A stretch of 63,895 nucleotides of DNA, filler included, from Thraustochytrium aureum (GCA_012862495.1; 4 parts of 2 records of this genome joined end to end with filler, not necessarily neighbours in it); one strand, 5' to 3'. Shown: positions 24,131-35,100, counted from the whole stretch's first letter. Notes: generated by a model not told the origin, from the letters alone. Numbers and translations: made by a program.

Positions 24131-25306
24131 TCAGAGGAGCCTGAGCTTCCCAGTGACGCTGTCAACCTGACCCACAGGTCCTGGCCCGACCGCGATCACG
24201 GTCTGGCTGCCAGGGGCAACTTGCGTGCGCCCAGCGTCTCGAACCGACGAGAGGGGCAAGCCCGCCGACGCGGCCGCGGACTTGACCTGCTCCATCTCTG
24301 CCCGCGTTGCCCGCACCACAATTAGCGGTTCTCCAGATAAGTCCCAGAGCTGCAGCAGCGAAGGATTGCTGTGGACCAGCTCGCGGTTCAGAGCGAGAGC
24401 GGCGTGCCCGACCTGCGCCGCTATCTTGCCTGGAGTCATTCCGAGGTCTTGATTTACCACCATTACGACTTTGTGCTCCTCAGCGAGGGACTGGCCCGCC
24501 GACGCGCCGCGCAGCCGCTGGACGTCTGCAAACGACTCCAGGGGACCTTGATCCAACTCGCCGCCCAGGAGCAGGTTGGCCACTGCCTCCAGCGCTCCGT
24601 CAGACATCCCAAGATCCGCCGTCAAATATGCCCGCAAGATTTGGGCGGGCGCGAACCCCAAAGGCAAAAGTGCGTCGGCGATGGGCCGCGGAACGAGCAG
24701 CGGGCCAATCTTAAATTCGTGCACCTTTGCCAGCATTGCTTTCAAGAAGCCCAGTTGTTTGTCCTCGCCCATGTCGGCGAACGAGGGCACATGCACGAAA
24801 ACGGCGTGGTCGTGCCGAGCAAGGCTTTCGTAGTAGACAAAGTTGCACACGAATCGGCCCGGATCGCCGGTAACCGCCACGGGAAACTCGCGCAAGGCTT
24901 CGCATAGCCCCTCGAGGTCGATCCTGGTGTGGCGGGTGTGCTCGATTGGGCCGTCCTCTCGCCGGATTGGCTCCTGTTGCGGGCTCTCGCCACGCTCGTC
25001 CGGGCATCGAAAGGTCGCTTCGTTAAACGCGCGCGACTCGAGGCGCATCTGCTTGGACCCAGCGTAGACGCCCAGGTGTACCCAGACGCACCCGTCGTCG
25101 CGGTCAAACGCCGAGCCCAGCTCGTCCAAGCCCATCATCACGCCCCGCCGAGACGTCTCCAGCACTTGGCACCTGAGCTCGACGCCGGGGACGGCCGTGG
25201 CCCTCAGCTTGTTCACCAGCGCCGCGCTGGGGTTTTCAGGGACGCCGTTGAACGGGCCGAACGCGGTCACCACCACGACCGAGGTCTTCTGCCCGGCCTC
25301 CGCCAT
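24131..25306 (-). CDS. Pyroglutamyl peptidase I (C15) - UBA-like - peptidyl-tRNA hydrolase 2 (PTH2) fusion
   Basis: VVTAFGPF..VPENPS, VHLGV, LESRAFNEATFRCPDE (catalytic E), DPGRFVCNFVYY (C), FVHVP (H); then LLPLGF...LEAVANLL; then KVVMVVNQDLGMTPGKIAAQVGHA and DAGRTQVAPGSQTVIAVGP...VTGKLRLL. Single uninterrupted frame with no gap inside. Confidence 0.9.
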   Translation of the reverse strand: MAEAGQKTSVVVVTAFGPFNGVPENPSAALVNKLRATAVPGVELRCQVLETSRRGVMMGLDELGSAFDRDDGCVWVHLGVYAGSKQMRLESRAFNEATFRCPDERGESPQQEPIRREDGPIEHTRHTRIDLEGLCEALREFPVAVTGDPGRFVCNFVYYESLARHDHAVFVHVPSFADMGEDKQLGFLKAMLAKVHEFKIGPLLVPRPIADALLPLGFAPAQILRAYLTADLGMSDGALEAVANLLLGGELDQGPLESFADVQRLRGASAGQSLAEEHKVVMVVNQDLGMTPGKIAAQVGHAALALNRELVHSNPSLLQLWDLSGEPLIVVRATRAEMEQVKSAAASAGLPLSSVRDAGRTQVAPGSQTVIAVGPGPVGQVDSVTGKLRLL

Positions 25307-25337
25307 CCTCTGCTCCTCGCGCGCGAGCCCGCCTCGG

Positions 25338-25371
<34 letters not shown>

Positions 25372-25770
25372 GGCCTGGTGGGCGAGCAGCCTGCTCACGT
25401 CGCGCGCCGCGGGCAAGNNNNNNNNNNNNNNNNNNNNNNNNNNNNNNNNNNNNNNNNNNNNNNNNNNNNNNNNNNNNNNNNNNNNNNNNNNNNNNNNNNN
25501 NNNNNNNNNNNNNNNNNNNNNNNNNNNNNNNNNNNNNNNNNNNNNNNNNNNNNNNNNNNNNNNNNNNNNNNNNNNNNNNNNNNNNNNNNNNNNNNNNNNN
25601 NNNNNNNNNNNNNNNNNNNNNNNNNNNNNNNNNNNNNNNNNNNNNNNNNNNNNNNNNNNNNNNNNNNNNNNNNNNNNNNNNNNNNNNNNNNNNNNNNNNN
25701 NNNNNNNNNNNNNNNNNNNNNNNNNNNNNNNNNNNNNNNNNNNNNNNNNNNNNNNNNNNNNNNNNNNNNN

Positions 25771-26452
25771 GTGCGCGGCGCTCTGCTACCCAGGGCGCGG
25801 GGCGCAGCACGAGGTCGCGGAGCCCGCTGGGGCCGGCCGGAGCAGCACTGCCTGGTACCGCGCTGCCGTCGTGAGGGCGCTGCACTCGCAGCGGGTCGAG
25901 GTCGGGCTTGCCGTTCTCCTCGTGGTCGACGTGGCCTGCTTGGTGACCGAGCTCGTGCTCGACGCGAGGTTCCCGCCCTGCGCCATCGTCATGGAGCAGT
26001 GCGTCGTGGAGACGCAACTGCCCGCAGCGCTGGCCGGCTCCGTCGGCTGCGTCGGCCACCCAGATTGGCTCAAGTCAACGCACGAGACGCTTTTTCGCGT
26101 CTCTGTCGGGGTCTTGCTCGTGTTCGCTGCCGAGATGCTCCTCCTATTCTGGGCGACGCGGCTGGCTTTCTTCCGGAACCCGTTGCATGTCCTGGATGCT
26201 GTTGTGGTCGGCGTCTCGCTGTTCCTTGAGCTGTGGCTTCGCGACCAGATCTCCAAGGATGCTGGTGGCGTTCTCATCTCGGTTCGGCTGTGGCGGCTCG
26301 TCAGAATCGGGCACGGCGTCTTCGCCGACACGCACGAGTTTGAAAAGCACGCGATGGGCGCCCTCGAGCAGCGCGTTCGTGCCTTGGAGGCTGAGAACGC
26401 CGCGCTGCGCAAGTCGCACTCGCCGGCAATAGCGCACGTGTGCAATACCTGA
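25771..26452 (+). CDS. HVCN1: Voltage-gated proton channel Hv1 (5' end in gap)
   Basis: S1 LLVVDVACLVTE with the selectivity Asp, S2 FAAE, S3 LDAVVVGVSLFLE, S4 RLWRLVRIGHG (RxWRxxR signature), C-terminal coiled coil and no pore domain. Confidence 0.88.
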
Positions 26453-26763
26453 GCTGAGGCGCTGAGGCGCTGCGGCTTCCGCCCCAAGCGCTCCACTGGA
26501 AGTGCGAGGCCGCCGAGGCCCAGCTCGGCATCAATGGATACTAGGCACCCACCCAAACGCCAACGCCACACGCTACTCGATTGTCTGTTCGCAGCTTGCC
26601 CACCTTGGAGCGCGTCCTGGAGCAGCAGCTGGTTGCCCAGTCTCGCAAGGCGCCGTTCGGCTCGTCATGAGTGCCCCCAACGTGACGCGATCGCAGGAAA
26701 GAATCTTGGGCACGAGCAGAAGACTGACTTGGGCAGTACTCCTTCGACCACAGGCGACGGGCG

Positions 26764-27596
26764 ATGCGGGCGGCAGCGGGCGCGCGCAACGCGCTTGCGG
26801 CGCTGCTTGTGGCGACTGCGCTCCACCTCGGCGGCGTGCTGCTGTTCAACGACGGGTTCTTCCTGACCAGGGTCGAGTTGGCCAATGTCAGCAGCTGCTC
26901 GGCGGTGCCGACCGAGGGCGGCGCGGACAACACGAGGGCCAAGACGGGCGGCGCCGGGTGCTGGACAGAGCCGCTGTTCAAGCGAGCTGTCGTGGTGGTG
27001 ATCGACGCGCTGCGGTATGACTTCGCCGCCTGGAGCGCGGGAGCGAGCTCGGCTGGGACCGCAAAGCCGTTCGAAAACAAGATGCCAGCTATCCGGGACC
27101 TCCTTACCACTCGGCCGCTGCAGTCGCTTCTCGTTCCATTTTACGCCGACCCGCCCACGACCACGATGCAGCGGCTCAAGGGCATGGTCACCGGCGGGCT
27201 CCCTACCTTTATGGAAATCAAGGATGACGTCGCGAGCGAGGGGATCGAAATCACGGAGGACAACTTCATCGACCTCCTCATTTCTGACGGGACCCGCAAC
27301 ATCACCTTCATGGGCGACGACACGTGGACGGTGCTGTTCCCTCGACAGTTCAACCGCGCCTTCCCGTACCCGTCGTTCAACGTAAAGGACCTTCACACCG
27401 TCGACAACGGCGTCCTGGACCACCTCGTGCCCGAGATGAACCGGGACGACTGGAGCTTTCTTGTGGCGCATTTCTTGGGCGTAGACCACTGCGGCCACCG
27501 GTTTGGGCCTGACAACGACCACATGACCCGCAAGCTCCTGCAAATGAACGAGGCTATCGACCTAGTGGTTCGCACGCTCGAACAGCCCGGGTTCGA
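26764..27596 (+). CDS. PIGO: GPI ethanolamine phosphate transferase 3 (PIG-O/Gpi13), N-terminal part
   Basis: GFFLTRVEL, VIDALRYDF, ADPPTTTMQRLKGMVTGGLPTF, FMGDDTW, PSFNVKDLHTVD, AHFLGVDHCGHRFGP. Confidence 0.92.
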
Positions 27597-27696
27597 NNNN
27601 NNNNNNNNNNNNNNNNNNNNNNNNNNNNNNNNNNNNNNNNTTAATTAATTAANNNNNNNNNNNNNNNNNNNNNNNNNNNNNNNNNNNNNNNNNNNN
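27597..27696. other. Artificial assembly linker (N44-TTAATTAATTAA-N44)
   Basis: A 12-mer with stop codons in all six frames, flanked by 44 Ns on each side. The same linker occurs three times in the window. Confidence 0.95.
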
Positions 27697-28071
27697 GTGA
27701 ACGCCTGCGAGACGCATGGGGTTCGCGCGGGCGCGGTACTCACGTGCGTCGGGAGCTGCACCGGCGCGAGGGTGCGGCTGGCTGCGGCGACGGCTTTGGA
27801 CGCGGACCAGCAGGTGGTCACCGTGGAGGGCAAGCACGAGATTGTGTCTCTCGTGGGGACTGTCGCGCAGGGCGGGGAGTGCCATCTGCATGTGTCTCTG
27901 GCAGACGAGAAGGGCAAGGTGTTTGGCGGCCACTTGGTGGGCGACATGGTGATTTTCACCACCGCCGAGGTGGTCCTTGCAGAGTGCGAGGGGCTTGAAT
28001 GGCTGCGAGAGATGGACGACCGCACCGGGTTCCGCGAGCTCGTCGTCGCGCAACGTGCGTCAGCTCGCTAA
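27697..28071 (+). CDS. PPC/DUF296 domain protein (5' partial)
   Basis: AVLTCVGS...VRLA, HEIVSLVGT, HLHVSLAD..GKVFGGHL, IFTTAEVVL, REMDDRTGFRELVV. Confidence 0.9.
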   Translation: MNACETHGVRAGAVLTCVGSCTGARVRLAAATALDADQQVVTVEGKHEIVSLVGTVAQGGECHLHVSLADEKGKVFGGHLVGDMVIFTTAEVVLAECEGLEWLREMDDRTGFRELVVAQRASAR

Positions 28072-28284
28072 AGCCTGCTCGTGCAGAAGAGCCCTCGTGA
28101 TCAAGAGTGAAACGCGGGAATCGGTCTGTGGGGACTAGGAAAGCGTTTGTGGCAAGGGAAACCAGAGTTCCCCTTGAAAGGTAGGCTACTCCTATGGCAT
28201 CAAATGTGGTTGCTACTCAATTGCGGTTGCTTGTTGTAGCTTGCTGCTGTTGCGTGCTGCTCGCCCTTGCGCAGGACAAGCCCT

Positions 28285-30282
28285 TCACGCCGAGTTAACC
28301 CAGTGGAACGTGGAGGCCATGGTCGCAAACACATGGCTGCCTCGGTTCGACTGGTACTTGTTGTTCTTGTCCAGCGTGATGCGCGCGTTGCGGGCGAAGG
28401 CAACCGAACCGCTCAACTCGCATTGGTTGAACGAGAAAAAATTGTCTTGCAGGAGCACGCGATGGCTGTCCACCAGAATCGCCCCGCCGTCGCCCCCTGT
28501 GGCCGTGTTGCGGTGGAAGAAGGAGCTTTGCACAACCGACTCGTCGCCGCGGCCGCCGTCCAGGTAGATAGCGCCGCCGCCCGCTTCTGCCGCGTTGTCC
28601 GAGAACGAGCAGCCATCCACGTTGATCGTCCCGCCGCTCACGATCGCCCCGCCCGGCCCTTTCTCGCCAAACCCGCGCACGAAGTGGACGTTGCGGACCT
28701 CAACGTGCGAGTCCTCGCCGGCGACGAGGATATTGACGCGCTTGTTGCCATCGAGGACAACCGAGGTTCGCGGCGCCTTGGGGCGCAAAATGACCGAGGC
28801 ACCTGCTGCGACCACAATCGGAGACGAAAGCGAGACGAAATCCGCGTCCAGTTCGATCAAAGTCACGTTGGAAGCGTCCAAGAGGCGGCGCGCGCGGCCC
28901 TTGCCAGGTCGCGTCTGTTTGGGCCGGCGTCCCTTTGCGGGGCGGTCCGCCTTCCCAGGCGCTGCGGCCACCGCGCCGCGCAGGCACTCCTCGTCGCTAC
29001 ACACGCTTGCGACGAGGCGCTCCTCTGCCTGCTTGGCCTCAAACGTGAGCCGAAACCCAGGGCCGAACGACTCGTCGCTCGCGTCAAGCTGGACAAAAAT
29101 GGACCCGCCCTGCGACTCGTACTCGAGGCCAGACCCCTTGCAGATCCGACCCGACATGTCGGTGCCACTGCCGGAATCCACACCGTCGAAGAGTTGCAAG
29201 GCGTCACGAACGCACCCGTTCGTCGCCTCGGGGAACAAGATGTCCACTGAGACAGCAACGAAGGCGCCCTCTGGCGCGTCACCAGCGACGCCGATGCGCC
29301 AGCACATTGGGTCGGCGCCAGCCACTTCTTTGAGCTCGAATTTGCCCGCCACATCGAACGAGGCTTCCAGCACACCGCAAGACTTGGTCGGCGACGACGT
29401 TGGCGAGATCGTGGGTGGCGTTGGCGACTTCGTGGGCGACTTTGACGGCGACGTTGTCGGCGCCGCGGTGGTCGGGCTGCCGGTCGGAGCCTTGGAGGGA
29501 CGTTTGGAGGGCGCATCGGTTGGCGATACAGTTGGCGACGTGGTCGGCCTCTTGCTCGGAGATAGAGTCGGGCTCCTTGTAGGGGCCGTCGTGGGGCGCT
29601 TCGTTGGCGACGTTGAGGGACGGTCTGTGGGCATAGGCGTGGGTCTCTTGGTTGGCCGGGCAATGGGCGCCTTTGTGGGGCGCGCTGACGGCGACACAGT
29701 CGGAAACCGCGTTGGCTTTTGCGTTGGCGCCGACGTCGGCGGCATCGGGCAGTTGTCAATGTCGGGAGTGCACCTCAGGGCAGAGACCACCACGACGGCT
29801 TCGAGGAATCTGATGTCGCGTGCCCGGGCCCAAACGCTGACCACACGTCCGTTGTTCGCGTCCAGAGAGGGCAGTGTGGCCACAGAAAACCTTTCCTTCG
29901 TGCAGGATCGGCGGAGCAGCTCCCCCTCGCCAAAAACGTCGCCCTGTGTGACGAGCAACTTGTCGCCCTCGCACTCGCTCGGGTCACCGGGTGTCACCTT
30001 CTTCATCTGAACGTCGACCTTGGCGTAAAAGTACTCTGGCAGCTGGATGTTGTAGCAGGCGACGCCCGGGACCTTGACCTTGATCGCGCGTGGCTTAGGC
30101 GCGGCAGGGATGTTTGCGGTCCCACCGCCCTTTCTGAGAAGACGACCCCGCTTGCTTGCCGTCATGACAATTTCTCCACATGACGCCCCATCCCAGTGGT
30201 TGACCGAATCACTTGCTGCGCCCCTTGCGGGTGTGGCACCGAGTCCGAGAATGGCAACGATGGCCACTAGGCCCCATCGCAT
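28285..30282 (-). CDS. Secreted protein: CUB-like, Pro/Thr stalk, CUB, then Pmp-type (GGAI/FxxN) beta-helix repeats
   Basis: Signal peptide MRWGLVAIVAILGLGATPARGA; CWRI...CVRDALQLFDG...GRIC...SFGPGFRLTF (CUB); PTxxPT repeats; GGAIVS...FSDNAA..GGGAIY...FHRNTA..GDGGAI. Confidence 0.8.
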   Translation of the reverse strand: MRWGLVAIVAILGLGATPARGAASDSVNHWDGASCGEIVMTASKRGRLLRKGGGTANIPAAPKPRAIKVKVPGVACYNIQLPEYFYAKVDVQMKKVTPGDPSECEGDKLLVTQGDVFGEGELLRRSCTKERFSVATLPSLDANNGRVVSVWARARDIRFLEAVVVVSALRCTPDIDNCPMPPTSAPTQKPTRFPTVSPSARPTKAPIARPTKRPTPMPTDRPSTSPTKRPTTAPTRSPTLSPSKRPTTSPTVSPTDAPSKRPSKAPTGSPTTAAPTTSPSKSPTKSPTPPTISPTSSPTKSCGVLEASFDVAGKFELKEVAGADPMCWRIGVAGDAPEGAFVAVSVDILFPEATNGCVRDALQLFDGVDSGSGTDMSGRICKGSGLEYESQGGSIFVQLDASDESFGPGFRLTFEAKQAEERLVASVCSDEECLRGAVAAAPGKADRPAKGRRPKQTRPGKGRARRLLDASNVTLIELDADFVSLSSPIVVAAGASVILRPKAPRTSVVLDGNKRVNILVAGEDSHVEVRNVHFVRGFGEKGPGGAIVSGGTINVDGCSFSDNAAEAGGGAIYLDGGRGDESVVQSSFFHRNTATGGDGGAILVDSHRVLLQDNFFSFNQCELSGSVAFARNARITLDKNNKYQSNRGSHVFATMASTFHWVNSA

Positions 30283-31761
30283 CTTGGCCGAGCCTAAAAC
30301 CTCAACGGGTGCTTTGTTCTTGTTCTTGCTTGCGCTCTCGTTGATTTGCTCTTCGCAAGGATCCTTCCCGGCCTGTGCTTTGTCACGTTCAAGTTTGGGA
30401 TTTGCTCGCGCGCAACTAAACCAAGGCCGTGTGGGCGGCGGCCAGTCGCTTCAAGCCCGAGGAAGAAATGCTCGAACTCACCAGCCTTGTCCGTTAGGAC
30501 CTGACAGAAGATTTTGCAGGGCCGTAAGACCTGCAGCCCGCCCGCCGGCCTGCCTGCCCGCCTTTTTCGACAACTTGGGACTCTGAACAGGCGGACACGT
30601 CTTCAGAAGCGAGAGCTTCAGAATGCATTGGGCACTCTTGCAATTCAGCAGAGAAAGAACTGGGACCAAAGACGACGACGCGGAGGCAACCTTCGATTTG
30701 ATTGCCTAGACATGGAGAGACACAGGTGACAAGACGGGCCAGGAAGCAAACGAGCTGTACAGGTCGTGGCCGCAAGGAGCGACCCCATGTGGAGTGTCGG
30801 ATCTGGTCGTGTCCAACGCCAAACTGCGGCAAACTAAGTCCCTAGGCCTACGTCCAAACTTGCTTTATCTGCATAAAAGTACCTATACGGCATGCGGAGA
30901 GCCGTTGGGATGCAAAGTACCCACAATCAACTCGTTTGCGCACGCAGGCGAATAGAGCTTGATAGCCATTCTCCTTGGGGCTTACTGTCCACGAGGTGCG
31001 ATTCTGGGTATTTTTTGCATTTCTGTTGCAAGTTGATTTGGTTGACCGTGGCTGCGCCATGGGCCCGGACGTGATTCGTTCTTGGGCTGCCCCAACCGCA
31101 GTAGGTCAATTACTCAAGGTGACGAGCTCTGTCCAACGCTGCCTTTCAATGTACCGGCGATGTAACCCCTCCTTGACGAGCAGCTGCTCTTCTGCGGAAA
31201 GATTTTGCCTTCGAGATGGCACGTCTACCGGACAAATTGCTCGTTACAAACGAGCTTTTGCACAGCGATGTGGCACGTTGAGAAGGCTCTGAGATGCCCC
31301 AGCGAGTCGAAGCGCCGCAAAGCGCCCGTGGCGGCAATCCAGTCCGAGCGAAACTGACGGCCGCCTGGAAGGGTTGTGTCACGCGGCGGACAACGCCACG
31401 TGACCGCACAGACAGAGAATCTCAAAACCGCCGCATATCGGGGCTTGCCCAACCGCGGACTTTCAGGCCCGTCCCGGAGCGTCGGTTGCTTTGCGGCTAA
31501 TGTGTCTGCCCCAACTCGCTGGGCACTCACAAGTTTGAATGCCTCCTGCATTCTCTGGCTCCGGGACCCAACGGAACCGGATTTTGGAGTGATTCCACCA
31601 AGGCGAACGTCGCAAGCGACTCCATACTGATATCTCGAGTCAGGGCCGTGCGTCTGGCCAGCAGTCCAGAAACTAGAAAGCGCGCGATCGAAGCGCGAGG
31701 ATTCAAAACACTCAACCAAGCAGACGGTCAAACAAAAGCATTCGAGTTGGCGAAGCCAGCG

Positions 31762-34543
31762 ATGAAGGGCCTCAAGCTTGCCTGCGTGGTCGCCTTTGGC
31801 TTCCTGGCAACCAACGCTTTCGCAGCTCCGCAAGCCGCTGCCACGGTAAGCGAAGATACAACCAACGAAAACCAAGAAAACAGCACGATCCCGCTTGGCA
31901 TTCGCGCTGGAGCGCCACGACCACAGGTTGGCAAGCATGGCACGAGAGGCCCCCGCATCAAGGTGTCTTTGCCTGTGCAAACGATGCTGCAAGACAAGCG
32001 CCGACGAGCGCTTCACGCGCATTCAGCCAAGTCAAACCTGAATGACCCAGCCCACGCTCTGCCCGATCGTAAGTTGAGGAAATCTGGCGACTATGAGTCT
32101 GGCGAATACGAGTCTGGCGAGTACGAGTCTGGCGAGTACGAGTCTGGCGAGTACGAGTCTGGCGAGTACGAGTCTGGCGAGTACGAGTCTGGCGAATATG
32201 AGTCTGGCGAGTATGAGACAGGCGAGTACGATTCAGANNNNNNNNNNNNNNNNNNNNNNNNNNNNNNNNNNNNNNNNNNNNNNNNNNNNNNNNNNNNNNN
32301 NNNNNNNNNNNNNNNNNNNNNNNNNNNNNNNNNNNNNNNNNNNNNNNNNNNNNNNNNNNNNNNNNNNNNNNNNNNNNNNNNNNNNNNNNNNNNCCGAGTA
32401 CGAGTCCTCCGAGTACGAGTCTTCCGAGTACGAATCCAACGAGTACGAATCCTCCGAGTACGAATCCAACGAGTACGAATCCTCCGAGTACGAATCCAAC
32501 GAGTACGAATCCTCCGAGTACGAATCCAACGAGTACGAGTCTTCCGAGTACGAGTCCAACGAGTACGAATCTTCCGAGTACGAGACCAACGAGTACGAAT
32601 CTTCCGAGTACGAATCGGACGGATACTATCACTACACTTCTTCATACTCAACTCCGTACAGCTCGTCAGAGTACAGTGGCGGGTACTCGTCATCCGAATA
32701 CGGATCTTCTGAAGGAGACCGCGACTGGCTGATGTGGAACGAGGTCCCCTGCAAAGAAATGCAGGTCAAGGACAGCGGCGAGATTGTTGGCAGCCCAAGC
32801 GGCAACGAAAAAATGTGCTGGCGTCTTGAGGCCCCGATTGGCCACTACATGGTCTTTAAAATCGATCTTTTCGCCCTTGAGGGTCACCCGTGGTCGTGCT
32901 ACGAGGCTGAGCACCCCGAAGACCTTGCCTCCGAGGTGTTTAGTGTGCGCAACCGCGACCCGCCGGGGAACGATCAGGAGGAGCCGCGCAGCAACGTCGT
33001 GTTGCAGACCTGCTTCCGCGGCACGTACAAAGATGTCAAGACCGAGTTGAACACGGCTCTCTTTCGTCTGCACACGCACAAGGGCTCCACGAGTCGCGGG
33101 TTCCGCCTTGAGTTCGAGGTCAAGGCATGCGCCGACAACCCGAATCACCCCGGGTGCTCGCTGTCAACGCCATACCCCACGCCGTCTCGCAACCCGGTAA
33201 CCGCATATCCAACCGCATTCCCGACACGGCCCGCGCCAACGCCTCGACCCACCCTCGAGTCTTGCACGGAGGTCGAGAATTCCAACTCGGGCTCTGTGCA
33301 GCTGGCCAACTACGAGAACGGGATCAAGACTTGCTGGGAGATCACCAACCCTCGCGACGAAGAGCAAGACGGAGAGGCCACCTTTCGCATGACCGTGCGC
33401 GAAGTCGAGCAGCTAGCGAGCGGGGAATGCGCCGACTCTGCCACGCTGTGGGCGGTTTACATTTACAAGGTTGGCAAGCGCGACACGACCAGCAAAGTCA
33501 TGGTGGCGGGCCCGATTTGTGGCGTTCAGGCGACATTTACCTACAACGTGCCCAAGTCCACGGTGGTTGGCAATGCGAATGCGGCCCTCGATCACATGCT
33601 GCTCGAGTTTGAGAGCGACCGCGTTGTGGGTGGGGAAGGCTTCACGCTCGAGTTTGACTTTGGTGGCAAGCAGGAGGACCACGTCACGGTCACCACGTAC
33701 GCAGAGCTCATGCGGGCTGTTCGGGCTGCGGCCGACGATATTCCGACTTATCTCGAAGTGGACGCCGACACCATCTACTTTGACGACTCGTGGAGCTTTG
33801 CTGTTCGCAACGCCAAGCACCTCATCGTGTTGCCCAAGTCCCCGCGAACCTCGGTCGTTTTCGACGGATCTCTCCAGACCAAGCAACCGTTCCAGGGCAA
33901 CGCGACACGGCTCGTACCCGAGACGGATGCGAAGGCTCGCATCTGCCACGTGCGGGAGGGAGGCCGTGTCAGCTTTGAGAGGATTCACTTTCGCTTTTTC
34001 CGGCTGCAAAACTCGCTCGTGCAGGAGAGCATCGGGCTGATTCATGTGGACGCTGGCGGTGAGGTGGGGCACATCACGGATTGCCACTTCTCCAGTAACG
34101 ACGCTCGTCCGATCTATGAACCGAATGTCCCCTCTCGGCGGCAACGGCGCCTTGCCCGTGTTGGGAGCAGTTCGGGCTCGGCCGTTGAAGTTGAGCGCTT
34201 TCCGAAGGGTTCGGTGATCCAGATTGCCACGCAAGGCTCCCTGCACGCGCTGACGCGGACGACGTTTTCGTTCAACAAGCACACAGTTGTCGCGAACCGT
34301 GGGGTTCTCGGGGTCGTCTCAGGCTGCTCGTTTGTGAGCAACCGTGCCAACGAAGCGTTTGATGCGGCTGACGGCAACGCTCTCACTGTGGCCGGCGCAG
34401 TGTTGGCCAATTCGCGCAACCTCGGCGGGGTCGACACGAGCACTTTTCACTCGAACGCGGCTCTTGCCAACATTTTTGAGAGCACGCGCCGCGTCGTCGA
34501 CGCAGACTTCGCGTTCTACTTTGACCCGGCCCAATCTGAGTAA
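31762..34543 (+). CDS. Secreted protein: EYES(G/S/N) repeats, CUB, Pro/Thr linker, CUB, beta-helix; paralog of 28285-30282 (internal gap)
   Basis: Signal MKGLKLACVVAFGFLATNAFA. The EYESx repeat frame continues on both sides of the gap. CUB-like KMCWRLEAP...RGFRLEF and KTCWEI...FESDRVVGGEGFTLEF. PKSPRTSVVFDG matches the paralog's PKAPRTSVVLDG. CHFSSN and CSFVSN repeats. Confidence 0.78.
32083..32617 (+). repeat. 15-bp coding tandem repeat (GAGTACGA[GA]TC.[GGC/TCC/AAC]) interrupted by a gap
   Basis: About 10 EYESG-type units before the gap and about 15 EYESS/EYESN units after it. Confidence 0.95.
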
Positions 34544-35099
34544 AAAGAAGCACCAGTTTGCATCGCTCTTTCACCACTGCCGTCTGCTGCTCTTGCGGAG
34601 AGTCTTCGCAAGGATGCGATCATCTTGTTTGCAGCAGCACCTGGCCGTCACCACGTGCCACGCTGTTCAAGCGCCGAGCAGCGTAGCGGAGCCAGCACGC
34701 ACGCACGCACGCACGCAAGCTAGCGCTGGAAAGCAACTAGTAGCTCTAGAACAGCGCTCGAGCGAGCTCAAGAGCAAGCTGGCACGCACGCACGCACGCA
34801 CGCAGGCAGGCAGGCACGCAGGCAAGCTCCGCTTTGGCGCCTATTCCCCGCGCCTTCTCAGCGCAAGCCGCGCGCCGCCACTTGCAGGCTCCGAGCTCGT
34901 CTCCCGCGAGCGAGCTCCATCGCCGACCAGCTCGCGTTCGCCGGCCGAGCGGAGCGTGCGGCGGGAGGGAAGGCCAGCGACAACACCCCAACTCAATCAA
35001 AACCCCCATTCGTCCTCCCCTCCAGACCTCCATCCAGCCGCGACAGCCCCGCCGCCAGGCAGCAGACCTGCTCGGCCGGCGCCGCCCCGGCTCGCGAGC

Positions 35100-35100
<1 letters not shown>

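Noticed and set aside
27641..27652. TTAATTAATTAA islands (also 45260 and 60015) as piggyBac TTAA sites or a biological motif
   Set aside because: Each is centred in exactly 44+44 Ns and gives stops in six frames, so it is a synthetic contig spacer.
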